Shown here piece by piece: positions 9,024 to 18,265 of a DNA stretch of 61,544 nt. The stretch comes from Candidatus Omnitrophota bacterium (GTDB lineage Bacteria; Omnitrophota; Gorgyraeia; 2-01-FULL-45-10). Below the pieces are notes generated by a model that worked only from the letters and a program-made list of their open reading frames with translations, was not told the origin of the DNA and ran no database searches. The position numbers and the translations under genes were made by a program. The stretch is taken from assembly GCA_003142795.1 (NCBI GenBank), contig PLNN01000028.1, forward strand, positions 1 through 61,544. The letters run 5' to 3'. Every line of letters begins with the position of its first letter. Position 1 is the stretch's first letter.

Positions 9024-10049
9024 TCATCCTATTTTCATCTGTTTGACCAGCAACACCAGAAAGACCATACTCGTGTTATGTATAATATGGACCGTTATCG
9101 GCGCAACGAGCGTTCCCGTCTTCTCATATAAATATACCAGCAGTAACCCGAGCGCCATTATCGGGACGAACCCGACCGCATGCGCGTGCAGGCCGGCGAA
9201 AATAGATGCCGTAACTAGCGCTGCCCAGAATATACCGACGCGCTTTTTCAGGGCGTTATACATGAATCCCCTGAAAAACAATTCCTCAATCATCGGGCCG
9301 ACGAGCGCCGCGAACAATACCGTATATCCCAGGAACATGACATTTTTTTCCTTCATGAACAGAGTAACCACCGCTTGCTCTTTCGGGATGTAATGGACCA
9401 GATCGGTAACAAGCGATACCGCGATGAGGATAGTAAGCAGGAGCGGCACTGCCGCGATATAGCCTGCTATGCCGTAAAGGACATTCCTGATGAAATTTTT
9501 AAAAGATATCCCTAACGCGATCAATTTTTCTTTATGCCGGCTCAGCGCAAAATATATTATAAAGACCACGGCCAGCGTATCCAGTATCGATGAATTAACT
9601 ATCATCCTGAGGTCATTATTCTTTACGACAGGAAATGTTTTTGCCATAAAAGCTTCTATCAAAATAAGCATGTAGCCGAAGAACGAGAAAAGTATCACGA
9701 CCCTGCACACATCCCATAAATTCCAGCTCACCTTATGCGTCTTATATGTCAAAATATCTATCCTCTTCCCTGTCAGTTTCCATATCAGCAATGCCAGGTC
9801 TAGCAACAGCCCTAAAGACAGGATAAGTAATATGAGAAGCGAGGCGATAGTGAACAGGTCGCGCAGACCTTTATTTGCCTCAAAGACCCTTTCGACGGCC
9901 TGCTTTTTCAATCCCGGAGCCGATTCCTTATGCGGGGCTTGAACATGTTTCGCGCTGTGCGTCACGACGATCACGTTCATGAGCATGACAAAGACGAGGA
10001 GGAGCAGATAAAGCCGTTCTTTCCTGAGAAAATTTAAAATATTTCTCAT
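9024..10049 (-). CDS. CPBP-family (CAAX) intramembrane glutamic endopeptidase
   Basis: Polytopic membrane protein with EELFFRG, FAGLHAH and HIIHN motifs. Confidence 0.75.
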   Translation of the reverse strand: MRNILNFLRKERLYLLLLVFVMLMNVIVVTHSAKHVQAPHKESAPGLKKQAVERVFEANKGLRDLFTIASLLILLILSLGLLLDLALLIWKLTGKRIDILTYKTHKVSWNLWDVCRVVILFSFFGYMLILIEAFMAKTFPVVKNNDLRMIVNSSILDTLAVVFIIYFALSRHKEKLIALGISFKNFIRNVLYGIAGYIAAVPLLLTILIAVSLVTDLVHYIPKEQAVVTLFMKEKNVMFLGYTVLFAALVGPMIEELFFRGFMYNALKKRVGIFWAALVTASIFAGLHAHAVGFVPIMALGLLLVYLYEKTGTLVAPITVHIIHNTSMVFLVLLVKQMKIG

Positions 10050-11413
10050 CCCACCACCCCGAAAGATCTCAGCCGGAATTTCGCTCCCAGGCTTTTAGCG
10101 ATCGACTCGCATCTTTTCACGTCGACGCCGGGAAGGTCGAGACAAGTCGCTTCAGTTTCGATACCGCTTGCCGCGCAATCCTTGATAAAATCGATAACAT
10201 GGCCATAAGCCTTTGGCCCGGATTCGGGCTTGCATATCTTATTATATTGGGCTTCGTTTTCCGCGTTCAGGCTCACAGAGACCCTGTCGACGAGCCCGAT
10301 AATCTCCTTCACGACCGGGCGGCCGTTTATAAGAACAGCGTGGCCGTTCGTCACAAGCCTGACCTTTAAGCCTTTGGCTTTCATATCTTTTGCGATCGCC
10401 TTCATTACGTCAAGCCTTGCCGTCGGCTCGCCGTATCCGCAGAATACTATCTCTTTGTATTTCTTCGGGTCGCCGATCGCCTTCAGGATCTCGTCTACAG
10501 ACGGCTCTTTCTCGAGCCGAAGATTGTGGCCCTTGACAAAAGCTGTCTGTGCCCTCACGCAGAAGTCGCATCTATTGGTGCATCTGTTCGTTATATTGAG
10601 ATATAGCGAATCCCTTATCTCATAAGCGATCTTCGCTTTCTCACCCAGATCCAACCCAAAGAATGAATTCGCATTATGCGTTGTGATCCTGGCAATATCT
10701 TCTTTCGACAACCCGAGGATCTTAACCCACTCGTCAACGAGATACGTTAAATAGGCCGGCTCATTACGCTTGCCCCGTAATTCCTGAGGCGCCAGGAACG
10801 GCGCGTCGGTCTCCAGGAATAGCCTTTCCGGGCGCATGGCTTTTGCGGCCTCGCGCAAGTCCCCGGCATTTTTGAAGGTAAGGCTGCCCGTAAATGATAT
10901 ATAAAGCCCCATATCAAGGCATTCTTTTAAGAGGTCGGCGTCACCGGCAAAACAATGCATCACGGCCTTCACCCCGTTCTTATTTTCCCGTCTCAATAGA
11001 TCGAGCGCATCGTCCCTGGCGTCCCTGGAATGCACTATCAAAGGTTTATTAATATCCCGGGCAAGATGGATAAATTTTTTGAACACAGCGATCTGTTCTT
11101 CTCTGGGCGAAATATTTCTGTAGTAATCGAGCCCGACCTCGCCGACCGCGACCACTTTATTTTCTCCGGCAAGACCTTTAAGCTCGGCCATCGTTTTATC
11201 GGTCACGGTCTTAGCATCGTGCGGATGGACCCCGACAGAGGCATATACCATGTCGTATTTCGCGGCAAGCTCTATCGAGCGGCGCGAGCCTTGCATGGAG
11301 CTTGCGACATTTATCATCTTACCTACGCCTGCATTCACGGCCCTGTCTATAACTTCATCCCGGTCATTGTCGAAGTCCTTGAAATCGAGATGGCAGTGTG
11401 TATCTATCAGCAT
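10046..11413 (-). CDS. Fusion protein: a TatD-family metal-dependent hydrolase (N-terminal, about 10630-11413) joined to a TatD-associated radical SAM domain (C-terminal, about 10046-10630)
   Basis: TatD blocks are IDTHCHLDF, GEVGLDY, VHSRDA, MHCF.G and ETDAPFL. After about aa 262 come NITNRCTNRCDFCVR (CxxxCxxC) and CGYGEPT. Confidence 0.8.
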   Translation of the reverse strand: MLIDTHCHLDFKDFDNDRDEVIDRAVNAGVGKMINVASSMQGSRRSIELAAKYDMVYASVGVHPHDAKTVTDKTMAELKGLAGENKVVAVGEVGLDYYRNISPREEQIAVFKKFIHLARDINKPLIVHSRDARDDALDLLRRENKNGVKAVMHCFAGDADLLKECLDMGLYISFTGSLTFKNAGDLREAAKAMRPERLFLETDAPFLAPQELRGKRNEPAYLTYLVDEWVKILGLSKEDIARITTHNANSFFGLDLGEKAKIAYEIRDSLYLNITNRCTNRCDFCVRAQTAFVKGHNLRLEKEPSVDEILKAIGDPKKYKEIVFCGYGEPTARLDVMKAIAKDMKAKGLKVRLVTNGHAVLINGRPVVKEIIGLVDRVSVSLNAENEAQYNKICKPESGPKAYGHVIDFIKDCAASGIETEATCLDLPGVDVKRCESIAKSLGAKFRLRSFGVVG

Positions 11414-12324
11414 CGGATCCTCCCATCATGCCGCTTATATCTTCTTATAAGCAGGAACTCCAGCACCCCCATGGCCATGCCGGCTATATAAAAAACGTCC
11501 CCTATGGTCATGAAAATCGTAAAAATTATCTTTTTCCGGTTTCGATAACCATTCCTGGCAAAGCAATGGCGGTATATCCGGAACGTCTCCAGCATCGTAA
11601 GGGTTTTACGCTTTATGAGGACATTATGTTTGCCGTAAAAAAAAGCTTTCTTCAGCCAGGTCACGATGTCCTGGACCTCAAGATGATGCGCCTTCATACG
11701 GTCGAAATACAATATCCTGCAGCTTCTATCGTTCATCACACACCGCTGTATTATCTCCGTGTCTCCCGGGACGGGCCATTCCGCCATGGGACCGAATCTC
11801 TTAAAGACATCCGCGCGCACCGCCATATTATTGGTATAGCCGTAATATTTTCTTTTTGTCATGACCCTCATCATGTAGTCGGCTCTGGCATTCTGGCAGT
11901 CCTCGAACAACCTCAGCACCGAAAAACGTCCGCAGTTGAACGAAACGTTCCCAAGGGCGACAAATATGTCCGGCTCCTTCATGACATCATAGATCCGGCT
12001 CAGCCAATCACCTGCAACAATACAATCCGCATCCGTAAACGCTATTATATCCCCGCGCGCAGCATTTATACCCCTATTGCGGGCAGTGTAGACGTTACGC
12101 TTATTCTCGCGCAAAAGTCTTATATTGTCAAACTTTCCCACTATATTTGGAGAATCATCCGTAGAGCCGTTATCGATAAATATGATCTCATATTTATCTT
12201 TCGGGAAGTCCTGCCCCGTCAAAGAAGCGGCGCATTCACCGATATACTTTTCTTCATTTAAAAATGGCACTATAATAGAAAATATCATATAACATCCCGC
12301 CGCATAAAACGGTAATATTGCCAC
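11407..12324 (-). CDS. Family 2 glycosyltransferase
   Basis: IIVPFLNEE.YI, IIFIDNGSTDDS and the FTDADC (DxD) GT-A signature. Confidence 0.8.
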   Translation of the reverse strand: MAILPFYAAGCYMIFSIIVPFLNEEKYIGECAASLTGQDFPKDKYEIIFIDNGSTDDSPNIVGKFDNIRLLRENKRNVYTARNRGINAARGDIIAFTDADCIVAGDWLSRIYDVMKEPDIFVALGNVSFNCGRFSVLRLFEDCQNARADYMMRVMTKRKYYGYTNNMAVRADVFKRFGPMAEWPVPGDTEIIQRCVMNDRSCRILYFDRMKAHHLEVQDIVTWLKKAFFYGKHNVLIKRKTLTMLETFRIYRHCFARNGYRNRKKIIFTIFMTIGDVFYIAGMAMGVLEFLLIRRYKRHDGRIRC

Positions 12325-13199
12325 AGCCTCTTATAAGGCATAAAAAATCTTATCGCGGGTTTGTCATCAGGCCTTTTTATGCCCAGCGCTTTCAGAATGG
12401 AAAATAACGTATTGTCAAACGGGGTCGGTGTCCACTTACCTGCCCAATGGACAAGAAATACCGGATGGCACTCAAGGACAATTTTGCCGTTCCTGACCTT
12501 CCTTCCTTTAGTACCGGCCCACTGCTCCAGCGCTATGCCTGGGTAAAGCCCCTTTTTCCACAGCACAAATAAACTTGTATACCTGCCGCCCGATGTAACA
12601 ATAAGATAATTCAAAAAAGGCTGTTCGTAAGAAAGAGGCAGCGTGTGCGGCTTCAGGCCCGGGATGGCGGCTATCTTAATTCTTATCTCCGCAAGAGCAA
12701 TGGCTCCCTTCTTCGATGCGATAAATCCCGTATTTGCCGCATAGTCTATCTGCTCATTCGCCAATAATCCTGCACCATATATGGATTCTTTCCATGTCCA
12801 TTTGACTATGTGCGCCATATTGGAGTGCGATGCCACGAAATCATAGTCTGACAACATCTTAAAAACAAAATCGATATTTTCCAGGACGACCGTATCCACG
12901 TCGATATAGATGAATTCGTCAAACTCTCCTTCCCATATCGCGAGCTTCCTGTAGTGGCCCAATGGTTTATTGTGGAATTTAAGATTTATGCTGTCGTACC
13001 AATCGTACACTTTCGTATTTGAAAAGATCGAAAAGCCGTATGCGCCCTGCAGCTCTTTCAGCCTGGCTATATTGTCGCTGAACGGTATCAGGCAGAGCGC
13101 AATTGACGGATTGTGTTTTCTGAAGCTATTCAGAAAGGCAATGGCCAGCTCTACGACGCCGTCGTCCGCCAAAAAATATACACCCCTGGAAACTTTCAC
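12285..13199 (-). CDS. Hypothetical protein, possibly a GT8-like nucleotide-diphospho-sugar transferase
   Basis: The N-terminal beta-alpha pattern VYFLADDG..ELAIAFLNS and YIDVDTVVL (DxD) suggest a GT-A fold. I recognise no specific family. Confidence 0.4.
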   Translation of the reverse strand: MKVSRGVYFLADDGVVELAIAFLNSFRKHNPSIALCLIPFSDNIARLKELQGAYGFSIFSNTKVYDWYDSINLKFHNKPLGHYRKLAIWEGEFDEFIYIDVDTVVLENIDFVFKMLSDYDFVASHSNMAHIVKWTWKESIYGAGLLANEQIDYAANTGFIASKKGAIALAEIRIKIAAIPGLKPHTLPLSYEQPFLNYLIVTSGGRYTSLFVLWKKGLYPGIALEQWAGTKGRKVRNGKIVLECHPVFLVHWAGKWTPTPFDNTLFSILKALGIKRPDDKPAIRFFMPYKRLWQYYRFMRRDVI

Positions 13200-14161
13200 G
13201 AATCACTCTTTCGTCCGGACATCGCTTTGTTATACAAATAATGATCACAGGCATCAACGGAACACTTGCATACATCGAACGGGCATGCCATTAATTTATC
13301 GTTAAACTTTATTTTTTTATAAATATTTCCGGTCGCATATCTTTTCAGCTGATAACAAGGGTAAATGCTGCCGTCCGAGAATACTACCGCTATGTTGTAA
13401 CCCGCATTACAGATTTTCCGTTTCGAATCGGTCCTGCTCTTACATGAAGGCTCTAAGCCGAAGATATCAATCTCTTTATCCGTATACGCTTCGGGATACC
13501 ATTGTCCATTATAACTTCCTACAAATGGATCAAAAACTATTTTTATCCCTTTTTTCTTGAAAAAATCTTTATATTTCTCCACCTCACCGAGAATGGCGGG
13601 GTAGGCAACCCCTTTGGATAAAAGCGGGAATCCGCATTCCTGTAATTTTAGGAAATTTTTTATGTATTCAGACAAAAGGTCTCGCCTTTCCAGCTCTTTA
13701 ATGTGTAATGACGCGATGATGACGATGACCCTCTTGGGGTCAACCTTTTCGGAAAATTCATCTACTTTTCCGGTAACAAAATTAGTATTTATCGAGATGA
13801 AATGCCTTTTTGTTATTTCCGCGCACGCCTCTACGAAGTTCGGCACCAAAAACGGCTCTCCCCCGGCGAAATTAATCCGGAAGGTATTCCTTGTCGCATC
13901 GAGGGCCCTTATGAGCCGGCCGATTTTTATCGGCATGATCCTTCCGGCTTTCTTATAAATTACCAGATGCCTTAGCAAAGACGGGATACCCATATTAAGG
14001 GCTATCCAGGCCTTATCCAATACACCGCGGATCTTCTCCTTTTTATACTCGTAGGCGCCCGTCTTAGAAATACAGTAGACGCAATCGAATGTGCAGATAT
14101 GCGTCGGAGACCATAATAAGCCCGCGTCGTATTGGCAGCCGCCGGTCAATTTTTCGGTCAT
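13196..14161 (-). CDS. Radical SAM protein with a SPASM/twitch-like C-terminal Cys cluster (paralog 1)
   Basis: CTFDCVYC (CxxxCxxC), GGEPFL, and C-terminal CNAGYN...DGSIYPC...CPFDVCKCSVDAC. It aligns along its whole length with the adjacent gene. Confidence 0.75.
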   Translation of the reverse strand: MTEKLTGGCQYDAGLLWSPTHICTFDCVYCISKTGAYEYKKEKIRGVLDKAWIALNMGIPSLLRHLVIYKKAGRIMPIKIGRLIRALDATRNTFRINFAGGEPFLVPNFVEACAEITKRHFISINTNFVTGKVDEFSEKVDPKRVIVIIASLHIKELERRDLLSEYIKNFLKLQECGFPLLSKGVAYPAILGEVEKYKDFFKKKGIKIVFDPFVGSYNGQWYPEAYTDKEIDIFGLEPSCKSRTDSKRKICNAGYNIAVVFSDGSIYPCYQLKRYATGNIYKKIKFNDKLMACPFDVCKCSVDACDHYLYNKAMSGRKSDS

Positions 14162-15126
14162 GACAGCACCTTCAGGGCCTCGTCTTGTATTTGCCCAGCC
14201 ATTGCTTTGTTATATAAATAAAGGTCTCCGATGTCGGGCGGACATTCGCAGACATCGAGCGGGCAATCTCTTAATTTATTTCTTAACAAAATATTTTTAT
14301 ATATGTGACCTATTTTTTCATGCGGCCGCGAAAGCTGATAGCATGGGTAGACAGCGCCGTCCGGCAGCGCTACCATCGTATTATAACCCGCATTGCAATT
14401 CTTTCTCCGCGAATCGAATCTGTTCCTTATAGAAGGATCTAAATTGAATGCCTTAAGCTCCCCGTCGGTATACGATCCGGGGTATTGCCGGCCGGCATAT
14501 TGCCCCGCGAAAGGAACAAATATCAAATCTATATTTTTCTCCTTAAAAAATTTTTTATATCTTTCCGTTTCGCGGGAAAGAGGTGGATACGCCACTTCGT
14601 TCGCAAATATGACAAAACCCCGCGCCTGGAATTTCCGGAAGTTATCCATATATTTAGACAGGAGGCCATGCCTTTCCAACTCTTTGATATGCAATGACGC
14701 GATGATAAAAATCACTCTTCCGGGATCGATCCGCTCGATAAATTCATCGCCGTTATCCATGCTCAGGTTAGTGACCAAAGCGATAAAATGCTTTTTTGTT
14801 ATCTCCACGCACGCTTCAATTATATTGGGCACCAAAAATGGTTCTCCTCCGGTAAAATTGACCCTGAAAATTTTCCCCGTCTCATCAAGCGTCTTCATGA
14901 GGCGCGGTATATCTATTGGGCGGACCCTTTCCTGCCATCTGCGCTTGATCAAATTCCATAGCAGCAACATCCCTAACATGTTACGCAGCTCGACATAAGG
15001 CCTTTCTCCGCATTTCTCTTCATTTTTACGGGAGATACAGTAAGCGCAATTCAGATTGCATTTAGACGTCACGCACAATGATAAGCCTATATCATATTGC
15101 TGCATATTATCTGAGCGTTCCGGCAT
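14158..15126 (-). CDS. Radical SAM protein with a SPASM/twitch-like C-terminal Cys cluster (paralog 2)
   Basis: CNLNCAYC, GGEPFL, CNAGYN...DGAVYPC...CPLDVCECPPD. It shares long identical blocks with paralog 1 (GGEPFLVPN, IIASLHIKELER, LYLYNKAM). Confidence 0.75.
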   Translation of the reverse strand: MPERSDNMQQYDIGLSLCVTSKCNLNCAYCISRKNEEKCGERPYVELRNMLGMLLLWNLIKRRWQERVRPIDIPRLMKTLDETGKIFRVNFTGGEPFLVPNIIEACVEITKKHFIALVTNLSMDNGDEFIERIDPGRVIFIIASLHIKELERHGLLSKYMDNFRKFQARGFVIFANEVAYPPLSRETERYKKFFKEKNIDLIFVPFAGQYAGRQYPGSYTDGELKAFNLDPSIRNRFDSRRKNCNAGYNTMVALPDGAVYPCYQLSRPHEKIGHIYKNILLRNKLRDCPLDVCECPPDIGDLYLYNKAMAGQIQDEALKVLS

Positions 15127-16180
15127 AAGTTTTATTCCCGCATGTTTTTCTTATTGTTGAAAAAGGATAAAAACAAAAACCCAGGATCAGAGAAAGGCCG
15201 CCGTATATATAATATAAAATATGCATTGGAAATACAAAAAGAGTAAAGAGCCAGCCCTTTTTATTATAAAAAAACCGGTAGAAACGAATATTCAAAAGTA
15301 AGAAGCCAGCTAATAAAAACGCGGCAAGCCAAAAGGCATGAGACGACCCGTGAAATAACATCATCACCGAAGACAGTACCAAGAGCATGCTGAGCCCGGC
15401 GCTCCATCGCGTATTAAGGTCGTTCCGGGCCATTCTATATTTAAGCATCAGCGCGGCCCATGGAATACCTCTATGGAATATATCCGAGCCGAGCATATCA
15501 AGTAAAGACCACTTTTTAAGATGTTTTACCTGGAGACCCTTTATCAGCTCTATGTGATATCCGTTTTTAACCAGGCGCATGCCGAGCTCGATATCCTCGA
15601 CCGAGGGGCGGGAAAAACTTTCCTGGAACCCGCCGATCCTCGAAAAAGCATCTCTTCTTATTGCCCCGCACCCGGCCCAGAACGTTGAAGCCTCACCTTT
15701 AGAATTTTGATGCACAAAATGATGAAATAGGTTCTTATATTGTGATACAAAATCCGGGTGGGCAGGTTTGTCATCATATGAACCGAAGATAGCGTCTATT
15801 CCGGAATTGTGCTTGAAAAAATTATCGATCATCTTCAAGGTCTCTTTCCGGACCAGCACATCATCATCTAAAAAGACGAGCAAGCCACTTGTTGAGGCCT
15901 CCGCGCCTCTATTCCTGGCTTGGGCGGGCCCGCGATTTACCGGCAGTCTTATCAAGCGGGCAGGATATTTTTCTATCGCGCCTGTTACGTCATCTGTAGA
16001 TGCATCGTCTACCAGAATGCACTCAAAATCGGAAAAATCCGAAGCAAATATTGCCTCTATGCAGGGCCCGAGATCCGCCCCCGGGTTGTGCGTCGGGATT
16101 ATTATCGATATTGCCGGCTTCATAAGATCAGTCCCATCCTCTACGATTCCAGATATTCGCTGTCCGCATTCACATGCCAC
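15107..16180 (-). CDS. Family 2 glycosyltransferase with a C-terminal multi-TM region (polyprenyl-phosphate glycosyltransferase-like architecture)
   Basis: ISIIIPTHN, ILVDDASTDD and LDDD are followed by about 4 hydrophobic helices. The real start is probably MKPAISIIIP. Confidence 0.8.
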   Translation of the reverse strand: MACECGQRISGIVEDGTDLMKPAISIIIPTHNPGADLGPCIEAIFASDFSDFECILVDDASTDDVTGAIEKYPARLIRLPVNRGPAQARNRGAEASTSGLLVFLDDDVLVRKETLKMIDNFFKHNSGIDAIFGSYDDKPAHPDFVSQYKNLFHHFVHQNSKGEASTFWAGCGAIRRDAFSRIGGFQESFSRPSVEDIELGMRLVKNGYHIELIKGLQVKHLKKWSLLDMLGSDIFHRGIPWAALMLKYRMARNDLNTRWSAGLSMLLVLSSVMMLFHGSSHAFWLAAFLLAGFLLLNIRFYRFFYNKKGWLFTLFVFPMHILYYIYGGLSLILGFCFYPFSTIRKTCGNKTYAGTLR

Positions 16181-17622
16181 AGGTCGGAATGCCCTTTACC
16201 CAGATAATTATTCGCCGCGTATATTCCCGTAAGAAGCGCGTGGTCTGAATTATCATAACGGAACAGTCCTGCTCTGCCCATCGTCTGAAAATTATCGAAC
16301 CTCGACAGGTAATCGCGTATAATGCCTATATTCTTTAAATAATCCATGGAATAAAAAGGATAGGCGTTAGGCTGACGCACCACAAAGGCATCTATCAGAT
16401 AACGACGGCTGGTAATGCCTATCTTCTCCAGTTCCTTTAAGGCAAAATTTATCAGGTTTATATCGTCCTTCCGCCACAGGTCATCGCCCTCGCTGCAAAA
16501 GTATTCCAGGCCTAACGAGGTCTTCTCGGCATCCGGCACCATGGACGGGCTCCAGTTCTTGAAATTCTGTATCCGGCCCAATCGGACTTCCGGAGAATGC
16601 ACATAAAGCCACTGGTCCGGGAATATGTATTCTCTATCCAATATTACGTTAACGGTGATAAGGTCCCGGAATTTAAGCCTGCCCGCGGCAGCGATAACTT
16701 CCTGCGGAGGCGCCGGTTCCAACAGCCTGGCGCAGACAGGCAGCGGCATGCTGGAAAAGAGGTAATCCGTCTCGATCGTTCCTTTTTTACCGTCCGATAC
16801 GGATTCCGTTTCTACCGCAACTATCCTTTTGTCGTTATGCCTTATCTTTACCGCTCTTGTGCCGAAAGAAAAAGACCCTCCCCGCTCAAGGCAATTTTTC
16901 TGCAGACGCAAATAAAATTCTCCCGGGCCATTTTTAGGATAGATGAACTCCTCGCTCAATGTCTTGGGCGCGTTCTTTCTCTTCCCCGGAAGCGAATTTT
17001 TTAATGCCACCCTCAGCGAAAGACCTTTTATTCTCTGCTTTGCCCAGTCGGCGGATAGATCGCGGCAGGCAACCGCCCACACTTTTTCCGTATAAGTCCT
17101 GAAAAAGATATTATATAACCTGCGCCCGAAATTGTTGATGATCCAGCCTTCGAACGTGTTTTTATCCCCAGAGGGGAAAATTTTATTCTTCAGATAATCG
17201 AGAAAGCAAAGGCCGCTTTCCCATACGCCCAGGTTCCAGAGCGTATCCAGAAAATGAAGAGGATATTTAAAGAACCTCCTCCTGTAATATATCCTGGACA
17301 GCCTTCTAACCCTGGTCAGGTCCTCGTCCAGCATCTTATACCAAAGGCTATTCACCGTCCCGGACTTCGAAAGGAACCTGTGCCCTCCGACGTCAAAAAG
17401 GTAACCGTTAAAATCGATGGTGCGGCACAATCCGCCTGCCTCGTTATTTTCGTCAACCAATAAGAAAGGCGCGCCTTCTTCTGCCAGCGTATAAGCACAG
17501 CCCATGCCTGCCGGGCCGCTTCCGATGATCGTCGTCTTATGTGCGTTCATACGATGCCAATACTTCCTGGACGCCGCCATCCATGCGCAAGACCCCCTTT
17601 TCGAACCACAGGGCGCGGTCAC
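16141..17622 (-). CDS. FAD/NAD(P)-binding oxidoreductase (amine-oxidase / UDP-galactopyranose-mutase-like fold)
   Basis: Rossmann dinucleotide motif IIGSGPAGMGCA...VDEN...GG. The likely start is MNAHKTT near 17550, which removes most of the apparent 86-nt overlap with the upstream gene. Confidence 0.7.
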   Translation of the reverse strand: MTAPCGSKRGSCAWMAASRKYWHRMNAHKTTIIGSGPAGMGCAYTLAEEGAPFLLVDENNEAGGLCRTIDFNGYLFDVGGHRFLSKSGTVNSLWYKMLDEDLTRVRRLSRIYYRRRFFKYPLHFLDTLWNLGVWESGLCFLDYLKNKIFPSGDKNTFEGWIINNFGRRLYNIFFRTYTEKVWAVACRDLSADWAKQRIKGLSLRVALKNSLPGKRKNAPKTLSEEFIYPKNGPGEFYLRLQKNCLERGGSFSFGTRAVKIRHNDKRIVAVETESVSDGKKGTIETDYLFSSMPLPVCARLLEPAPPQEVIAAAGRLKFRDLITVNVILDREYIFPDQWLYVHSPEVRLGRIQNFKNWSPSMVPDAEKTSLGLEYFCSEGDDLWRKDDINLINFALKELEKIGITSRRYLIDAFVVRQPNAYPFYSMDYLKNIGIIRDYLSRFDNFQTMGRAGLFRYDNSDHALLTGIYAANNYLGKGHSDLWHVNADSEYLES

Positions 17623-18265
17623 AATGCTTTTTTAAAAAAGCTAGATCGTGAGAGGCAATAATGACGGTCCTGGGCGAGGAATGGAGCCCGGTGAAATACT
17701 TTTCGCATTTATCGGCGAAATCGTTGTCTATAAAAGCAAAGCTTTCGTCGAAGATCAAAAAATCCGCGGATGCCTGAAAGAATATGCTTATGGCAAGACG
17801 CTGCATTTGCCCCGAAGACAGGTCTTTAAGAGGGACATAGCGCAAATGATAGAGCCCCGCGGTCGTTATGACCTCCTCCATATGCATTTCGAGGAAACGC
17901 TTATCGATACCGTGTATCGCGCCGAACAAATATACATTATCGACAACGGAGAGGAACAGGTCAAAACCTATCCAGCATTTGAACAGAGTTGCCGGAATGC
18001 CGCTCACTTCAAGACATCCTGAAGTCTCACCATAAATGCCGCTTATAAGCCTGAGAAGGGTGGTCTTTCCCGAGCCGTTTTTACCGATGACCGCCACTTT
18101 TTCACCTTTTTTAATTCCAAACGAAACATCCTTGAGAGCCCACAACTCCTTCGTCATCGACTCTCCCCTGAAAAACGTTTTCATTGCACGCAACAGCGTG
18201 CTTTCGCGCTGGAGAATGCGAAAACATTTCGATAAATTCTCCGCCTTTATGTAAATATCACTCAT
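17537..18265 (-). CDS. ABC transporter ATP-binding protein, polysaccharide/teichoic-acid exporter type (Wzt/TagH-like)
   Basis: Walker A GKNGSGKTT, signature LSSGQ, Walker B LIFDE. It is paired with an ABC-2 permease. Confidence 0.8.
   Translation of the reverse strand: MSDIYIKAENLSKCFRILQRESTLLRAMKTFFRGESMTKELWALKDVSFGIKKGEKVAVIGKNGSGKTTLLRLISGIYGETSGCLEVSGIPATLFKCWIGFDLFLSVVDNVYLFGAIHGIDKRFLEMHMEEVITTAGLYHLRYVPLKDLSSGQMQRLAISIFFQASADFLIFDESFAFIDNDFADKCEKYFTGLHSSPRTVIIASHDLAFLKKHCDRALWFEKGVLRMDGGVQEVLASYERT

Noticed and set aside
11398-12261. Long antisense ORFs opposite well-supported genes. This 287-aa one lies opposite the GT2 gene. Others are 32512-33306 opposite metG, 37033-37704 opposite cysE, 41673-42317 opposite mlaE, 8502-9131 opposite the DUF362 gene, 45799-46389 spanning the clpC start/mcsB end, and 28006-28551 inside the giant gene.
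   Set aside because: Each overlaps a gene with strong family motifs on the other strand, has no recognisable motifs or SD of its own, and shows skewed composition (Arg/His/Tyr-rich or Ser/Pro-rich) typical of non-coding frames.
17537-17622. An apparent 86-nt overlap between the ABC ATPase gene and the FAD oxidoreductase gene. Similar 20-40-nt overlaps occur at 12285-12324, 15107-15126 and 16141-16180.
   Set aside because: These are artefacts of the longest-ORF convention. In-frame downstream starts placed just before the conserved N-terminal motifs (e.g. MNAHKTTIIGSGPAG, MKPAISIIIP) reduce the overlaps to the few nt typical of coupled genes.
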